64,000 nucleotides of DNA from an uncultured Verrucomicrobiae bacterium (GCA_963838045.1 CAWIPQ010000002.1:21014-85013); one strand, 5' to 3'; shown: positions 1 through 9,145, numbered from the stretch's first letter. Made by a program: numbers and translations. Notes: generated by a model from the letters alone, not told the origin.

Positions 1-156
1 TGTATGCAGCGGCTTCTCGATCTTGGTTGCGATTTTTTCATTGAGCTCGGCTCGGGGAACGTGCTTGCGGGTTTGTTGAAACGCGCGAACCGGCAAACCA
101 ATGTCATCTCCGTTGGTGACGCGGCATCGGTTCGCAAGTGCGCCGAGGCGCTTTAA
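1..156 (+). CDS. fabD: malonyl-CoA:ACP transacylase (FabD) C-terminal fragment; 5-prime end lies outside the window
   Basis: Frame 1 is open from base 1 to TAA at 154-156. It reads ...DFFIELGSGNVLAGLLKRANRQ..., the F-x-E-x-G-x-G-x-V-L-x-G-L tail typical of FabD. Confidence 0.5.
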   Translation, partial: CMQRLLDLGCDFFIELGSGNVLAGLLKRANRQTNVISVGDAASVRKCAEAL

Positions 157-252
157 CCGCTTCGCTGTGCGAATTGTCACGTTCGACAGGAAAATCGGCG
201 CCCACACCGCGACGGGTACATAATCGACAACTGGTTTCGTCTACGCAATTAT

Positions 253-711
253 TTGCCTATGACCTTACAAGAACGCGTGGACACGGACCTGAAGGACGCG
301 ATGCGGGCCAAAGACGCGACCAAGCTTAACGTGCTGCGCATGTTAAAATCGGCCTTGAAGTATGCCGCGATCGCAAAATCGGGCGCGGAAGCCGAGCTCA
401 GTGATACCGAAGCGACGCAGGTAATCCGCAAGCAGGCGAAGCAACGGCGGGATTCTATTGAAAGTTTTGAAAAAGGTGGCCGCGCAGAGTTGGCTGAGAA
501 AGAAAAAGAAGAGCTGGCGATTCTGAACACGTATCTGCCCCAGCAGATGAGCGCCGAGGAGATGGCAAAGATTGTGCGCGAAGTCATTGCTGAGGTCGGG
601 GCCACATCGAAAGCGCAAATGGGTGCAGTGATGAAAGCCTTGCAGGCCAAAGCTGGCGGGCGCGCCGATGGCAAGGCGTTAAGCGCCGAAGTGCAAAAAC
701 AGTTAACGTGA
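253..711 (+). CDS. yqeY: GatB/YqeY domain protein
   Basis: 152-aa ORF. MTLQERVDTDLKDAMRAKD...LRMLKSALK...ELAILNTYLPQQMS... has the length and pattern typical of YqeY-family proteins. Confidence 0.85.
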   Translation: MPMTLQERVDTDLKDAMRAKDATKLNVLRMLKSALKYAAIAKSGAEAELSDTEATQVIRKQAKQRRDSIESFEKGGRAELAEKEKEELAILNTYLPQQMSAEEMAKIVREVIAEVGATSKAQMGAVMKALQAKAGGRADGKALSAEVQKQLT

Positions 712-720
712 GGAAAACGC

Positions 721-782
721 TCAACGCCCAATGCTGCATTCTGATTTCGAGATTGGAAGTTGGGCGTTGAGCGTTGGGCGTT
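721..782. repeat. intergenic hairpin/repeat (TCAACGCCCAA ... TTGGGCGTTGA, followed by GCGTTGGGCGTT)
   Basis: The 11-nt arms at 721-731 and 760-770 are reverse complements. The same TTGGGCGTT(G/C) motif recurs inside tgt at 30484-30545. Confidence 0.5.
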
Positions 783-795
783 CCTTTCCTGCTCC

Positions 796-1491
796 ATGCT
801 GAGTGCCATCATCGTAGCCGGCGGCACCAGCCAGCGCATGGGACTGGATAAATTGTTTGCCGTCGTAGCGGGCGAATCCGTTATCGCACATGCAATTCGC
901 GCGTTCGACCGCGCGCCTTCGGTCAGCGAAATCATCGTTGTCGCGCGCGAAGATCGGCATGATGAGATTCAAAAGATCGGTCGTGACGTTGGGTTCAAAA
1001 AACTGCGTTCGATTGTGCCCGGCGGCCAACGCCGGCAGGATTCCGTGCGTGCCGGTTTGGATGCGATCGATGCCAAAGCGGAATATGTGGGCGTGCACGA
1101 CGCAGCGCGTCCGTTGATCACGCCAGAACAGATCGAACGCGCCTTCGAACAGTGTCGAGTCTACGGAGCGGCCGCCCTGGCGCAGCCAGTTAACAACACT
1201 TTAAAGCGTGCGGACGCCGATCTTTTAGTCATCGATTCGGTCGATCGGCATCAGCTTTACGCGATGGAGACGCCGCAGATTTTCGAGCGAAAATTGATTG
1301 AGGAGGCGTACCGCGCCGTTTATGCGCAAAATATTTCTGTTACTGACGAAGTCTCCGCGGTGGAGCGACTCAAACACAAAGTGGTTCTCGTTCTGAATGA
1401 CGATTTCAATTTCAAAATCACCTATCCGCGAGATTTGCCGCTCGCGGAACTTGTACTTAAGCAGCGGCAAAATTCTGCTGCCAATAGCTAG
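796..1491 (+). CDS. ispD: 2-C-methyl-D-erythritol 4-phosphate cytidylyltransferase
   Basis: ORF 760..1491; likely start is ATG 796 (MLSAIIVAGGTSQRMG.DKLF nucleotide-binding signature). Conserved VHDAARP and ETPQ motifs are present. Confidence 0.85.
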   Translation: MLSAIIVAGGTSQRMGLDKLFAVVAGESVIAHAIRAFDRAPSVSEIIVVAREDRHDEIQKIGRDVGFKKLRSIVPGGQRRQDSVRAGLDAIDAKAEYVGVHDAARPLITPEQIERAFEQCRVYGAAALAQPVNNTLKRADADLLVIDSVDRHQLYAMETPQIFERKLIEEAYRAVYAQNISVTDEVSAVERLKHKVVLVLNDDFNFKITYPRDLPLAELVLKQRQNSAANS

Positions 1492-1529
1492 ATTGTCACT
1501 GCGTTGATACCACCGGGAGAAGAGGGCGT

Positions 1530-2168
1530 TTAGTCCGCCGCTGCTTTGAGCGCGACGCGCAAATCGGCGACAAAATGCTCGTACTCCCGCCGACGCGATT
1601 CCTCATCGGGCTGGCGAAGAAGCGATGATGGATGAACCGTCGCGAGAACTCGCGGCGCAAGTTTTGAAGATAAAACTTTACCGCGTTCGCGGGTGACACG
1701 GAAGGAAGGCCCAAAGATCGCCTGCGCCGCTGTTGCACCCATTGCCACGACCAGGTTAGGCCTGACGATTCGCAACTCCGCTTCCAGCCAGGGACGGCAG
1801 GCCGCGATTTCACGCGCGTTTGGCTTCTGGTGGATCCTCCGTTTGCCGCGCGGCTCCCACTTGAAATGTTTCACCGCGTTGGTGACGTAGGCCTGCGACC
1901 GGTCGATTCCTGCTTCCTCGAGCGCGCGGTCCATGACCTTCCCGGCCGGCCCGACAAATGGTTTGCCCGCGACATCTTCGTAATCGCCCGGTTGCTCGCC
2001 AATCAGCATCAACTTCGCGCGCTTCGGCCCTTCGCCAAAGACAGTTTGCGTACCGCGCTTGTACAAATGACAGGCAGTGCAGCGAGCTGCAGCTTCGCGA
2101 ACGGTGGCGAGGCTTGAGCTGTCGGGTGGCTGCGCCGGTCGCGCATATTCGTCATCATGCGTTCGCAT
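1530..2168 (-). CDS. udgX: family-4-like uracil-DNA glycosylase of the UdgX type (carries the KRRIH loop)
   Basis: Motif A GEQPG, Fe-S cysteines C..C, motif B HPSSLLR, and the insertion FKWEPRGKRRIHQKP, which matches the KRRIH loop of Mycobacterium smegmatis UdgX. Confidence 0.8.
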   Translation of the reverse strand: MRTHDDEYARPAQPPDSSSLATVREAAARCTACHLYKRGTQTVFGEGPKRAKLMLIGEQPGDYEDVAGKPFVGPAGKVMDRALEEAGIDRSQAYVTNAVKHFKWEPRGKRRIHQKPNAREIAACRPWLEAELRIVRPNLVVAMGATAAQAIFGPSFRVTRERGKVLSSKLAPRVLATVHPSSLLRQPDEESRRREYEHFVADLRVALKAAAD

Positions 2169-2314
2169 CTTCTCAACATGAATCGTATCTCGCGACCTGC
2201 TCGTATTCCTCTGATCCTCCTCCGCGAGCTACGTGCAATCTCGTGAACTGCCAGGATTTATAGTTCGGCAAATAAAATGCCGGCCTCGTCCGTGTCGAAC
2301 TCTGCTTGTGTCAG

Positions 2315-2420
2315 TCACACCGGACTTCAGTCCGGTGTGACGAACGCGCCGAATGCAGAAGCCGTTTAAACGGCTTCACACGTCCCCTTCCGATGCACCG
2401 GCCTGAAGGCCGGTGTTAAC
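2315..2420. repeat. REP-like hairpin cluster (three stem-loops)
   Basis: Three hairpins: TCACACCGGACTTCAGTCCGGTGTGA, GAAGCCGTTTAAACGGCTTC and CACCGGCCTGAAGGCCGGTGTTAAC. The same motif family occurs at 6555-6705, 16797-17005 and 17455-17945. Confidence 0.75.
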
Positions 2421-2483
2421 AAAAATAATGTGCCTTCGCGTGATTCGCGGCTGAGAATGCTAGTATCTCTAAAGTCCCGTGAC

Positions 2484-3014
2484 ATGCCTGCTCTCGAAAC
2501 CGAGCGCCTGATTCTGCGCTCGTTCACCGCAAACGATGTCGATCGGATGGCGCGGTTGTTCGCCAATCCGGATTTCATGCGATTCTCGTTAGGCGCTTTT
2601 ACCAGCCGCGAACAGACCGTCGCGTTCATCAGGAAAGTCATGGACTGGGAGCAGGCTGGCATCCCGTCGCAGTTTGCCGTTGTCCGGCGCGACGAGGACG
2701 CAGTGATCGGTTATTGCGGTTTTCTCCATCACCTGGAATTGCCAAACGAGGTTGAAATTGGGTACCGGCTCGATCCGGAGTATTGGAACCGGGGCCTCAT
2801 TACAGAAGCGGCGCGGGCTGTGCGTGATCACGGTTTTCGCGATCGTCAGCTGTCCCGTGTCATTTCGCTCATTCATCCGGACAATGTGCCGTCCCGCCGC
2901 GTCGCTGAAAAGAACGGGATGAGCGTCGAAAATGAAATTACGTTTCGAGGTTTTCCGACGCTGGTGTATGCGATAACTCGCGAGCAGTGGCTGGCGAAGC
3001 GTGGCGCTGCATGA
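2484..3014 (+). CDS. GNAT family N-acetyltransferase (RimJ/RimL-like)
   Basis: ORF 2430..3014; likely start is ATG 2484 (MPALETERLILRSF...). YWNRGLITEAARAV is an acetyl-CoA binding-type motif. Confidence 0.8.
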   Translation: MPALETERLILRSFTANDVDRMARLFANPDFMRFSLGAFTSREQTVAFIRKVMDWEQAGIPSQFAVVRRDEDAVIGYCGFLHHLELPNEVEIGYRLDPEYWNRGLITEAARAVRDHGFRDRQLSRVISLIHPDNVPSRRVAEKNGMSVENEITFRGFPTLVYAITREQWLAKRGAA

Positions 3015-3762
3015 ATTCGCGCGCCAGCGCGCGATACGCCTGGGCGGAGGGTCCGCTCGGCGTGTATTCCAAAATCGATTTGCCGAAGCTGGGCGCTTCG
3101 CTCAAGCGCACACTGCGCGGGATTACAGTTTTATAAACGCGTTCGCCAAAATGCTTTCGTACATCAGCCACCACCTGCTGGCTAAGGTTGGTCCGGGCGT
3201 CGAACATCGTCATGACGATCCCGCCGAGCTCCAACCGCTCGTTGGCGCCCGAATCGAGCACTTGCTCGATGAGCCGCACAATTTTTACCAATCCTTCCAG
3301 CGCGAAATATTCGCATTGGATTGGAGTTAACAATTCATCCGCAGCCGCAAGTGCGTTGCTCATCAGGATTCCGAGCGACGGCGGACAGTCCAGGAACACG
3401 AAATCAAACGTTTGATCCGTGCGCAGTGGTTTAAGGGTTTCCGCCAGGCGCGTGAGGTGATTTGGCATCCGCGCGATTTCTACCTCGGCGCCTGCCAAAT
3501 CGAGATCGGCGGGCACCAGGAACAGGCCTTCACGCCGTGTGGGCAAAATCTTTTCGGTAATGGAACTCTCGCCAAGGAGCGGTTCGTAAAGACTGATTTC
3601 CTCGGTTCCCTGCAAACCAAATGAGCTGGTCGCATTCGCTTGCGGATCGAGATCGACAATCAAAATCCGCTTACCCATTTCGGCCAGCGCGGACCCGAGA
3701 TTGACGGCTGTGGTCGTCTTGCCGACTCCGCCTTTTTGATTGGCAATCGCGATGATTTTCAT
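2938..3762 (-). CDS. parA: ParA/Soj family partition ATPase
   Basis: MKIIAIANQKGGVGKTTTAVNL deviant Walker A, followed by DLDPQANAT. The 3-prime end overlaps the convergent GNAT gene by 77 nt. No parB is adjacent. Confidence 0.9.
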   Translation of the reverse strand: MKIIAIANQKGGVGKTTTAVNLGSALAEMGKRILIVDLDPQANATSSFGLQGTEEISLYEPLLGESSITEKILPTRREGLFLVPADLDLAGAEVEIARMPNHLTRLAETLKPLRTDQTFDFVFLDCPPSLGILMSNALAAADELLTPIQCEYFALEGLVKIVRLIEQVLDSGANERLELGGIVMTMFDARTNLSQQVVADVRKHFGERVYKTVIPRSVRLSEAPSFGKSILEYTPSGPSAQAYRALAREFMQRHASPATARELSHTPASENLET

Positions 3763-3776
3763 TTTCGGAAATGGGG

Positions 3777-3870
3777 CACGGCCGTCCCGGCTGTGGGGCC
3801 CGTGGGCATCTTGCCCGCCGTCGGAGCAGGCGAGACGCCCGCTTTCCCCACAGACAAGATGTCTGTGCTC
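3777..3870. repeat. about 100-bp multi-hairpin repeat (family B), minus orientation
   Basis: The reverse complement aligns with 20194-20300 (GCACAGAyATCTTGTCTGTGGGG...GGGCGTCTCGCC...GGCAAGATGCC...CCACAGCCGrGACGGCyGTGC). Confidence 0.7.
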
Positions 3871-3961
3871 CGATCGCCAATGATGTTGCCGGTCACGGTA
3901 AACGGAAACTAAATTTTTCGAATTTCAGATTTGGAATTTCGGCAGTAGCGTTCGAGTCTCT

Positions 3962-4798
3962 GTGCCTGTGAAAGTTTCTCCAGTAACGACCGAGCCGTCA
4001 TCGCGACCGAAAACCACAGAAGCCGAAGAGCCGGGCGTCCTGCGAAGCAAAGACGCTCGTGGCGTGGTCACATTAACTCTTAACCGGCCGCGGGCATTCA
4101 ATGCCTTGTCCGAAGCTATGCTTTCCGAACTGCAGCGCGAGCTCGATGCGATCGCCGGCGACGACTCCGTCCGTGCAGTAATCATTGCCGCTGCAGGCAA
4201 AGCGTTTTGCGCCGGACACGACCTGAAGGAAATGCGCGCCGACCCATCGGAGGAATATTACGAACGGCTTTTCGCTCGATGCTCGGACATGATGCTGAGC
4301 ATCCAGCGGTTGCCTGTGCCTGTAATTGCACGAGTCCAGGGAATCGCGACTGCCGCGGGTTGTCAGTTGGTTGCGATGTGCGATCTCGCCGTCGCATCGA
4401 GCACAGCCCGATTTGCTGTGAGCGGGGTTAACGTCGGCCTTTTCTGTTCCACACCGGGTGTGGCACTTTCACGGAACGTTTTGCGCAAGGCAGCCTTTGA
4501 GATGCTCGTGACCGGGGAATTTATCAGCGCCGGGGAAGCAAAGGCGCGTGGATTGATCAATCGCGTTGCGGAACCGGAACAGCTGGACGCCGAGCTCGAG
4601 AAACTTGTCGCTGCGATTGTCAGCAAACCACGCGTCGCAGTCGCAATGGGAAAAGAATTTTTTTATCGCCAACTGGAACTCGGAATCACGGCGGCGTACG
4701 AAGCAGCGAACCAAACCATGGCTTGCAACATGATGGACGAAGCTGCTCTCGAAGGTGTGCAAGCATTTATCGAAAAGCGCCCGCCGCAGTGGAAATGA
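3962..4798 (+). CDS. enoyl-CoA hydratase/isomerase (crotonase) family protein
   Basis: 278-aa ORF with a GTG start. Contains VTLTLNRPRAFNALS and the AAGKAFCAGHDLKE oxyanion-hole region. Confidence 0.85.
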   Translation: MPVKVSPVTTEPSSRPKTTEAEEPGVLRSKDARGVVTLTLNRPRAFNALSEAMLSELQRELDAIAGDDSVRAVIIAAAGKAFCAGHDLKEMRADPSEEYYERLFARCSDMMLSIQRLPVPVIARVQGIATAAGCQLVAMCDLAVASSTARFAVSGVNVGLFCSTPGVALSRNVLRKAAFEMLVTGEFISAGEAKARGLINRVAEPEQLDAELEKLVAAIVSKPRVAVAMGKEFFYRQLELGITAAYEAANQTMACNMMDEAALEGVQAFIEKRPPQWK

Positions 4799-4823
4799 AA
4801 CCGCTGGGTCCTGACACATCGGG

Positions 4824-4882
4824 GTAGGGCGCGACGGCCGGGCGCGCCGTAACGGACGGACGGCCCGGCGGTCCGTCCCTAC
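4824..4882. repeat. GC-rich imperfect palindrome (terminator-like)
   Basis: GTAGGGCGCGACGGCCGGGCGCGCCGTAACGGACGGACGGCCCGGCGGTCCGTCCCTAC, with the ends GTAGGG/CCCTAC and inner arms pairing. Confidence 0.5.
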
Positions 4883-4930
4883 CATTTATGATATGGTGTC
4901 TAAACTCTGATTTGCTTAGCGTCTTCCGAA

Positions 4931-5948
4931 ATGACTTTTAGCCTTCGAGACATAGCCACAAGCTCCGGTGGCGAATTGGTCGGTGATCCGGCGCTGCAAA
5001 TCAACGGCGCGGCGTCCCTCTCGGAAGCGACTCCGGGAGAAATCAGCTTTTTCGCGAATCGAAAATATATCGGCCTGCTGCGCAAAACCCGGGCATCAGC
5101 AATCTTTGTTCCGCCGGATTTTTCCGAACCCATCGATGCGGCGCAGGTTCGCGTTTCAAATCCAACAAAGGCGTTCGAACAAGTCGTTCTCAAATTCGCG
5201 CCGAAACCGATGACTTTCGCGCCCGGGTATTCATCCCAGCGCGGTCGTCGATCCAAGCGCTCAACTCGGCGACCGCGTTTCGATTCAGCCGCTGGCAGTG
5301 ATTGAAGCCGGAGCAAAAATCGGGGGCAACACGATCGTTGGTGCGGGAAGCTACATCGGACATGAGACGGTCATCGGGTCCGGGTGTCACATTTATCCGC
5401 GCGTGACGATTCGCGAGCGAAGCCGGATCGGCTCGCGCGTAATCATTCACAGTGGGGCTGTTATCGGCGCGGACGGATTTGGTTTCGAAATGGTCGATGG
5501 CCGGCACCAAAAAATTCAACAGCTGGGAATTGTCCAAATCGACGACGACGTCGAGATCGGCGCGAATACAACTGTGGATCGGGCGCGGTTTGGCCGGACA
5601 TGGATCCAGCAAGGTGTGAAGATCGATAATCTCGTGCAGATCGCGCACAATGTGGTGATTGGGAAAAATTCCGTCATCGTGGCGCAGACCGGCATCTCCG
5701 GCAGCACACAGCGTGGGCGAAGCGCGTCATGATGGGCGGACAGGTGGGCATCATCGGTCACGTGGAAATCGCGTGATGGCAGCGTGATTGCCGCGCAGAG
5801 CGGCATCACAAGAAATATTGCCGGCGGCGCATGGTTCGGTTCTCCCGCCGTGCCGTTCGCCGAGGCAAAGCAACAGATCGCCTGGGTCCATCGGCTCGGA
5901 AAATTTTTCGCGCGCGTGAAGGAGATTGAAAAGAAATTGGGATTATAG
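4931..5948 (+). CDS. lpxD: UDP-3-O-acylglucosamine N-acyltransferase, read through three apparent frameshifts
   Basis: The N-terminal domain is in ORF 4931..5305 and the hexapeptide-repeat core in 5298..5732. The tail ...[15 protein letters not shown] and [15 protein letters not shown]...KEIEKKLGL ends at TAG 5946-5948. Frame changes occur near 5225, 5716 and 5774. Confidence 0.8.
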
Positions 5949-5956
5949 CAGACGGT

Positions 5957-6084
5957 GGAACATAGGCATTCTGCCTGTGCGCCCAGCGGAGATGTTCTCC
6001 GCTGTTCACTACCCAGCAAGCTGCAGTGCCCAGAGGCAGCGGGTTGCAAACCTGCTGGGCACACAGACTGCAAGTCTATGTTCC
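5957..6084. repeat. 128-bp palindromic multi-hairpin element between convergent genes
   Basis: The ends GGAACATAGGCATTCTGCCTGTGCGCCCAG and CTGGGCACACAGACTGCAAGTCTATGTTCC are imperfect reverse complements. Inner hairpins are AGCGGAGATGTTCTCCGCT and CAGCGGGTTGCAAACCTGCTG. Confidence 0.6.
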
Positions 6085-6097
6085 GAAGCGCCGTGCG

Positions 6098-6499
6098 TCA
6101 GAAAGAAGTCCGCGGAGACGCTTCGGGCGAAATCGACTCCGCGCCGCACGCGTGCACGGTCTCAGCCTCCATCAAATCGGAAGTGGCAACCACCAACTCA
6201 TGCCGTTTAGCGTACTTGCTCGCTAAACGCTCAATAATCGCATCTGCTGACTGGCCGCTGCGCGAATAGAAAATCTGCACTTCACCCCGGTCGGCGCTGA
6301 CATCGACCTTTCGTCCTTTCCCATCAAAAACAACTACGACGCGCACACCGGTCCAATCCTGATAATCGCGCAACTGCTTGATCAACGATTCACGCGCCAA
6401 TGAAGACCGGCGCGCGTGAAGCTTGTGAAGCTCCGGCCACGCAAAAATTATGCTGTGCCCATCGACGATCAGGTAACGCGGTCGGGACTCCATCCGCAT
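6098..6499 (-). CDS. NYN/YacP-like (DUF901) predicted RNA-binding nuclease
   Basis: 133 aa. YLIVDGHSIIFAWPEL...VVVVFDG...IFYSRSGQSADAIIERL is the typical YacP pattern. Confidence 0.75.
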   Translation of the reverse strand: MRMESRPRYLIVDGHSIIFAWPELHKLHARRSSLARESLIKQLRDYQDWTGVRVVVVFDGKGRKVDVSADRGEVQIFYSRSGQSADAIIERLASKYAKRHELVVATSDLMEAETVHACGAESISPEASPRTSF

Positions 6500-6554
6500 A
6501 ATCTAACGTCTTTTTCCATCCAAGGAATCCGCGCGCTATGTAGCGACATTTTTC

Positions 6555-6705
6555 TCATTAACACCTCGCTTCAGCGAGGTGGTCAGAAGCCGTCCTCTCT
6601 CGTGACCGCTTTAGCGGTTTTCTTCCGTGGAAGCAAAAAGCCGCTGAAGCGGCTGCATTTTACCCCTGCATGTGTCACCTCGCTGAAGCGAGGTGTTAAT
6701 GAGAC
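6555..6705. repeat. BIME-like composite of four REP hairpins bounded by an inverted pair
   Basis: CTCATTAACACCTCGCTTCAGCGAGGTG ... ACCGCTTTAGCGGT ... GCCGCTGAAGCGGC ... CACCTCGCTGAAGCGAGGTGTTAATGAGAC. Confidence 0.75.
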
Positions 6706-6737
6706 GTAGCAACTCTCCTGATCCAGTGTGGGTTTGA

Positions 6738-6881
6738 TTATTCCGCCGCTGCGGATTCTTTCTGAGCCTGCTGCTTGGATGGAGTCGGCCGCGTGGCGGC
6801 AGCCCGCCGGGTAGCCTTCTTGCGTTGCAGATACGCCAGTCGGCGTTTGCGTTTGGCTCGTACGCGGAGCTTTTGTCCCAT
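6738..6881 (-). CDS. possible small, highly basic protein (47 aa)
   Basis: ATG (complement of 6879-6881) to TAA. Product is MGQKLRVRAKRKRRLAYLQRKKATRRAAATRPTPSKQQAQKESAAAE. The ORF is below the cutoff of the supplied track and I recognise no homology. Confidence 0.3.
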   Translation of the reverse strand: MGQKLRVRAKRKRRLAYLQRKKATRRAAATRPTPSKQQAQKESAAAE

Positions 6882-7026
6882 GATCTCTCTATCGATTGAA
6901 ATTCAAGAAACGCAATGACGATTCACGAAACATCACCTTTCGAGCCTTGCGCGGGAAGAATTTTACGCAGTGCGCGCTGAAATCGTCATTGCATTCTCTG
7001 CTAATTCGTTGTTAAAAGGCATCCTT

Positions 7027-7878
7027 ATGCCGCAAAGGGAATCGGCGCTTTTCACGGTCACCCCCGGAAGTCTGACCGGGTTGGCCGTCATTTTCCTTGT
7101 GATTGCCGCGTTTTTCGGATTTTTGAATTCCCAGAAAGTGAAGGCCCTTCGCGCGAATGCCGCGAACCTGCCCGCTTCGGTACACGGGCAGGCGAGAACG
7201 AATGCGGCAGCTGGCGCAGGTTCTGCAGCGAAACCAGAGGCCAAGCTTACTGAAGCAGAGAATCGAGCCACAAAAGCGGAGGCGGCGCTCGCCCGTGTTG
7301 AAAAAGAGAAAGCGGATCTGCAAGGTAAACTGGACGCCGGCCAGCAAGAGATCGCTGCGCTGCGACAACGCGCAGCGGGAACAAACGATCCCGCGCCCGG
7401 AAGCACAGCGACACCCGCCGGGAACCCGGAGAGCGCCGGTTTACAATCGCAAGTCGACGATCTCCGGCGTCAACTGGATGGCGCGGAGAAGGAGAAAGCT
7501 TTGCTGGCCGAAAAACTGCAGGAAGCCCAGGACCGCCCGGCACAGTCCCGCGAAGCAACCAGGTCGGAACCGAAAAAAAGGCGCGAAACCACGACCACAC
7601 AGCGCGAAAACGTCGGCAGCCGTCGCGCGGGCGTGCATGGAACAGTGCTTGCCTACAACCAGGCCTATAATTTCGTAGTGCTCAACCTTGGCGCGCGCAA
7701 CGGCGTGGAGCCGAACTCCGAAATGCTGGTTTTACGAGACGGAACCTTGATTGGAAAAATTCGCGTTTCTTCTGTTGAACCGGCGACCGCTATCGGCGAT
7801 ATCATGTCCAACAGCTTGGCGCGTGGTGTCCAAGTACAACCTGGAGACAGTGTGATTTATGCTGGCACAAGTCCTTAA
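7027..7878 (+). CDS. membrane-anchored coiled-coil protein with a C-terminal MreC-like beta-barrel motif
   Basis: ORF 6970..7878; likely start is ATG 7027. It has an N-terminal TM segment (LTGLAVIFLVIAAFFGFL), a long charged coiled coil, and a C-terminus GTVLAYNQAYNFVVLNLGARNGVEPNSEMLVLRDGTLIGKIRVSSVEP homologous to the C-terminus of ORF 37843..38685. Confidence 0.7.
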   Translation: MPQRESALFTVTPGSLTGLAVIFLVIAAFFGFLNSQKVKALRANAANLPASVHGQARTNAAAGAGSAAKPEAKLTEAENRATKAEAALARVEKEKADLQGKLDAGQQEIAALRQRAAGTNDPAPGSTATPAGNPESAGLQSQVDDLRRQLDGAEKEKALLAEKLQEAQDRPAQSREATRSEPKKRRETTTTQRENVGSRRAGVHGTVLAYNQAYNFVVLNLGARNGVEPNSEMLVLRDGTLIGKIRVSSVEPATAIGDIMSNSLARGVQVQPGDSVIYAGTSP

Positions 7879-8065
7879 GTTCCGAACAATCGTTATTCCC
7901 GTTCTGCTCGGTGCATTCGTGGTCGCGCTGACGTCGTGCGCGTCGTCGCCGGATACGGCCGTGGTGCAAGACCCGGATAATCAGCACGCTTCGGCGATCC
8001 CGTGGAACAAGCAGGAACCGTGGGAAAAAGGCGGGCAGTTCGCCGGGATGACCGACCGGCGCTAG
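7859..8065 (+). CDS. small putative lipoprotein
   Basis: 68 aa with a signal peptide and lipobox (VVALTSC). It overlaps the upstream gene by 20 nt, which suggests translational coupling. Confidence 0.55.
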   Translation: MLAQVLKFRTIVIPVLLGAFVVALTSCASSPDTAVVQDPDNQHASAIPWNKQEPWEKGGQFAGMTDRR

Positions 8066-8270
8066 GAGCCGCGACTCCGGATCAGATCCAAAACCGGGTT
8101 CTTCAAAACCAAATTCTGCATCGAAGTCCCGATGCATGCGAACCGATTTCAATGGCGATCGGTCACGGAATAAGCGCAGCGAGCGGAAACCAAATTCGCC
8201 TGAGAAGAAGTAGTTCCCTGCGGGCCCGCCGGGAGGCTTCAAGGACTCGCAGGGATTTGAGGGGGAGAGG

Positions 8271-8795
8271 TTAGGGGGATCTCTTGAAAGCGAATTTCAG
8301 GAAGCGCGACAGGAAATAATTATGGCCCTTTTGTTCGCGCGTCAGTTCGCGGGTGACATCAATAACGGGTTCCGGTGTCAATACCGAAGCACTGGGTCCG
8401 TCGGGTGGCGCCTCATTCGCTTTTGCCAGGATCTCATTCGTCGGCAACACCCAATCCATCGGAATCGAGTTGCAGCCTTCGGTCGGGCAACTCAGCCCCA
8501 TCGGTCCGAGGGTTCCGTCGGCGACCTTAATTTGGCGCCCTGTAATGACTTTCCCGCAAACAAGACAGTAACGTCTTTCGTCGAGCGAACGCCACTGCCG
8601 AAATTGATCGAGCCGGCGCAACGCATCCAGTTTTTGATCGTCCGACGAGCCAGTTGATGTATATGGCGTCACGGATTGAGATACTACCGTCCTCTCAACG
8701 ACGCCCACAATCGGGAACGCGGTGGATTCTTTTATAGGTGAAAATCCGATCCTTCCATCCGCTGCCACAAAAAAATCCCGTCCAAAGCCTGGCAT
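8271..8795 (-). CDS. hypothetical protein with a Cys4 zinc-ribbon-like motif
   Basis: ORF 8271..8984; likely start is ATG 8795 (MPGFGRDFF...). Contains CLVCGKV...(20 aa)...CPTEGC. I recognise no family. Confidence 0.5.
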   Translation of the reverse strand: MPGFGRDFFVAADGRIGFSPIKESTAFPIVGVVERTVVSQSVTPYTSTGSSDDQKLDALRRLDQFRQWRSLDERRYCLVCGKVITGRQIKVADGTLGPMGLSCPTEGCNSIPMDWVLPTNEILAKANEAPPDGPSASVLTPEPVIDVTRELTREQKGHNYFLSRFLKFAFKRSP

Positions 8796-8884
8796 GCAAG
8801 CGTTGTAAAATCTGGATGAAAAAAAAAGGCGATCATTCCAGCGAACGTTCCCTGGCGAACTATGCGTCGACAGCGATCGAGCAA

Positions 8885-9145
8885 ATGAAGATTTACTGCG
8901 CCGGCCATCCCGAGAGCCCGTCAGCGGTGCGGCGCCCGCAGCTATTTTTTCGCGGCGAACTTTGGATCGCACTGCTCGGGCCAAGCGTTGAAGAGGGCAT
9001 CGTCGGTATCGGGTCTACCGTTGCGGCAGCGCTGCGCGCGTTCGATTCGCAATACCTCGTCGGTCTGCGGCCGCCGGTTGCTGCTAACGAACAAAGTTGC
9101 CAGGTCGCGCAGACCGGACACTGCGCCGCAGCGGACCTCCCGTGA
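8885..9145 (+). CDS. hypothetical protein (86 aa)
   Basis: Internal ATG 8885 of ORF 8738..9145 (MKIYCAGHPES...), divergent from the 8795 gene. No homology recognised. Confidence 0.3.
   Translation: MKIYCAGHPESPSAVRRPQLFFRGELWIALLGPSVEEGIVGIGSTVAAALRAFDSQYLVGLRPPVAANEQSCQVAQTGHCAAADLP

Noticed and set aside
2938-3014. The 77-nt convergent overlap of parA and the GNAT gene as a regulatory antisense module
   Set aside because: The non-conserved C-terminal tail of ParA running on to the next stop codon explains it more simply. There is no supporting structure.
7802-8242. 146-aa minus-strand ORF
   Set aside because: It overlaps the lipoprotein gene and the end of the coiled-coil gene on the opposite strand. 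It has no motif and no credible start context.
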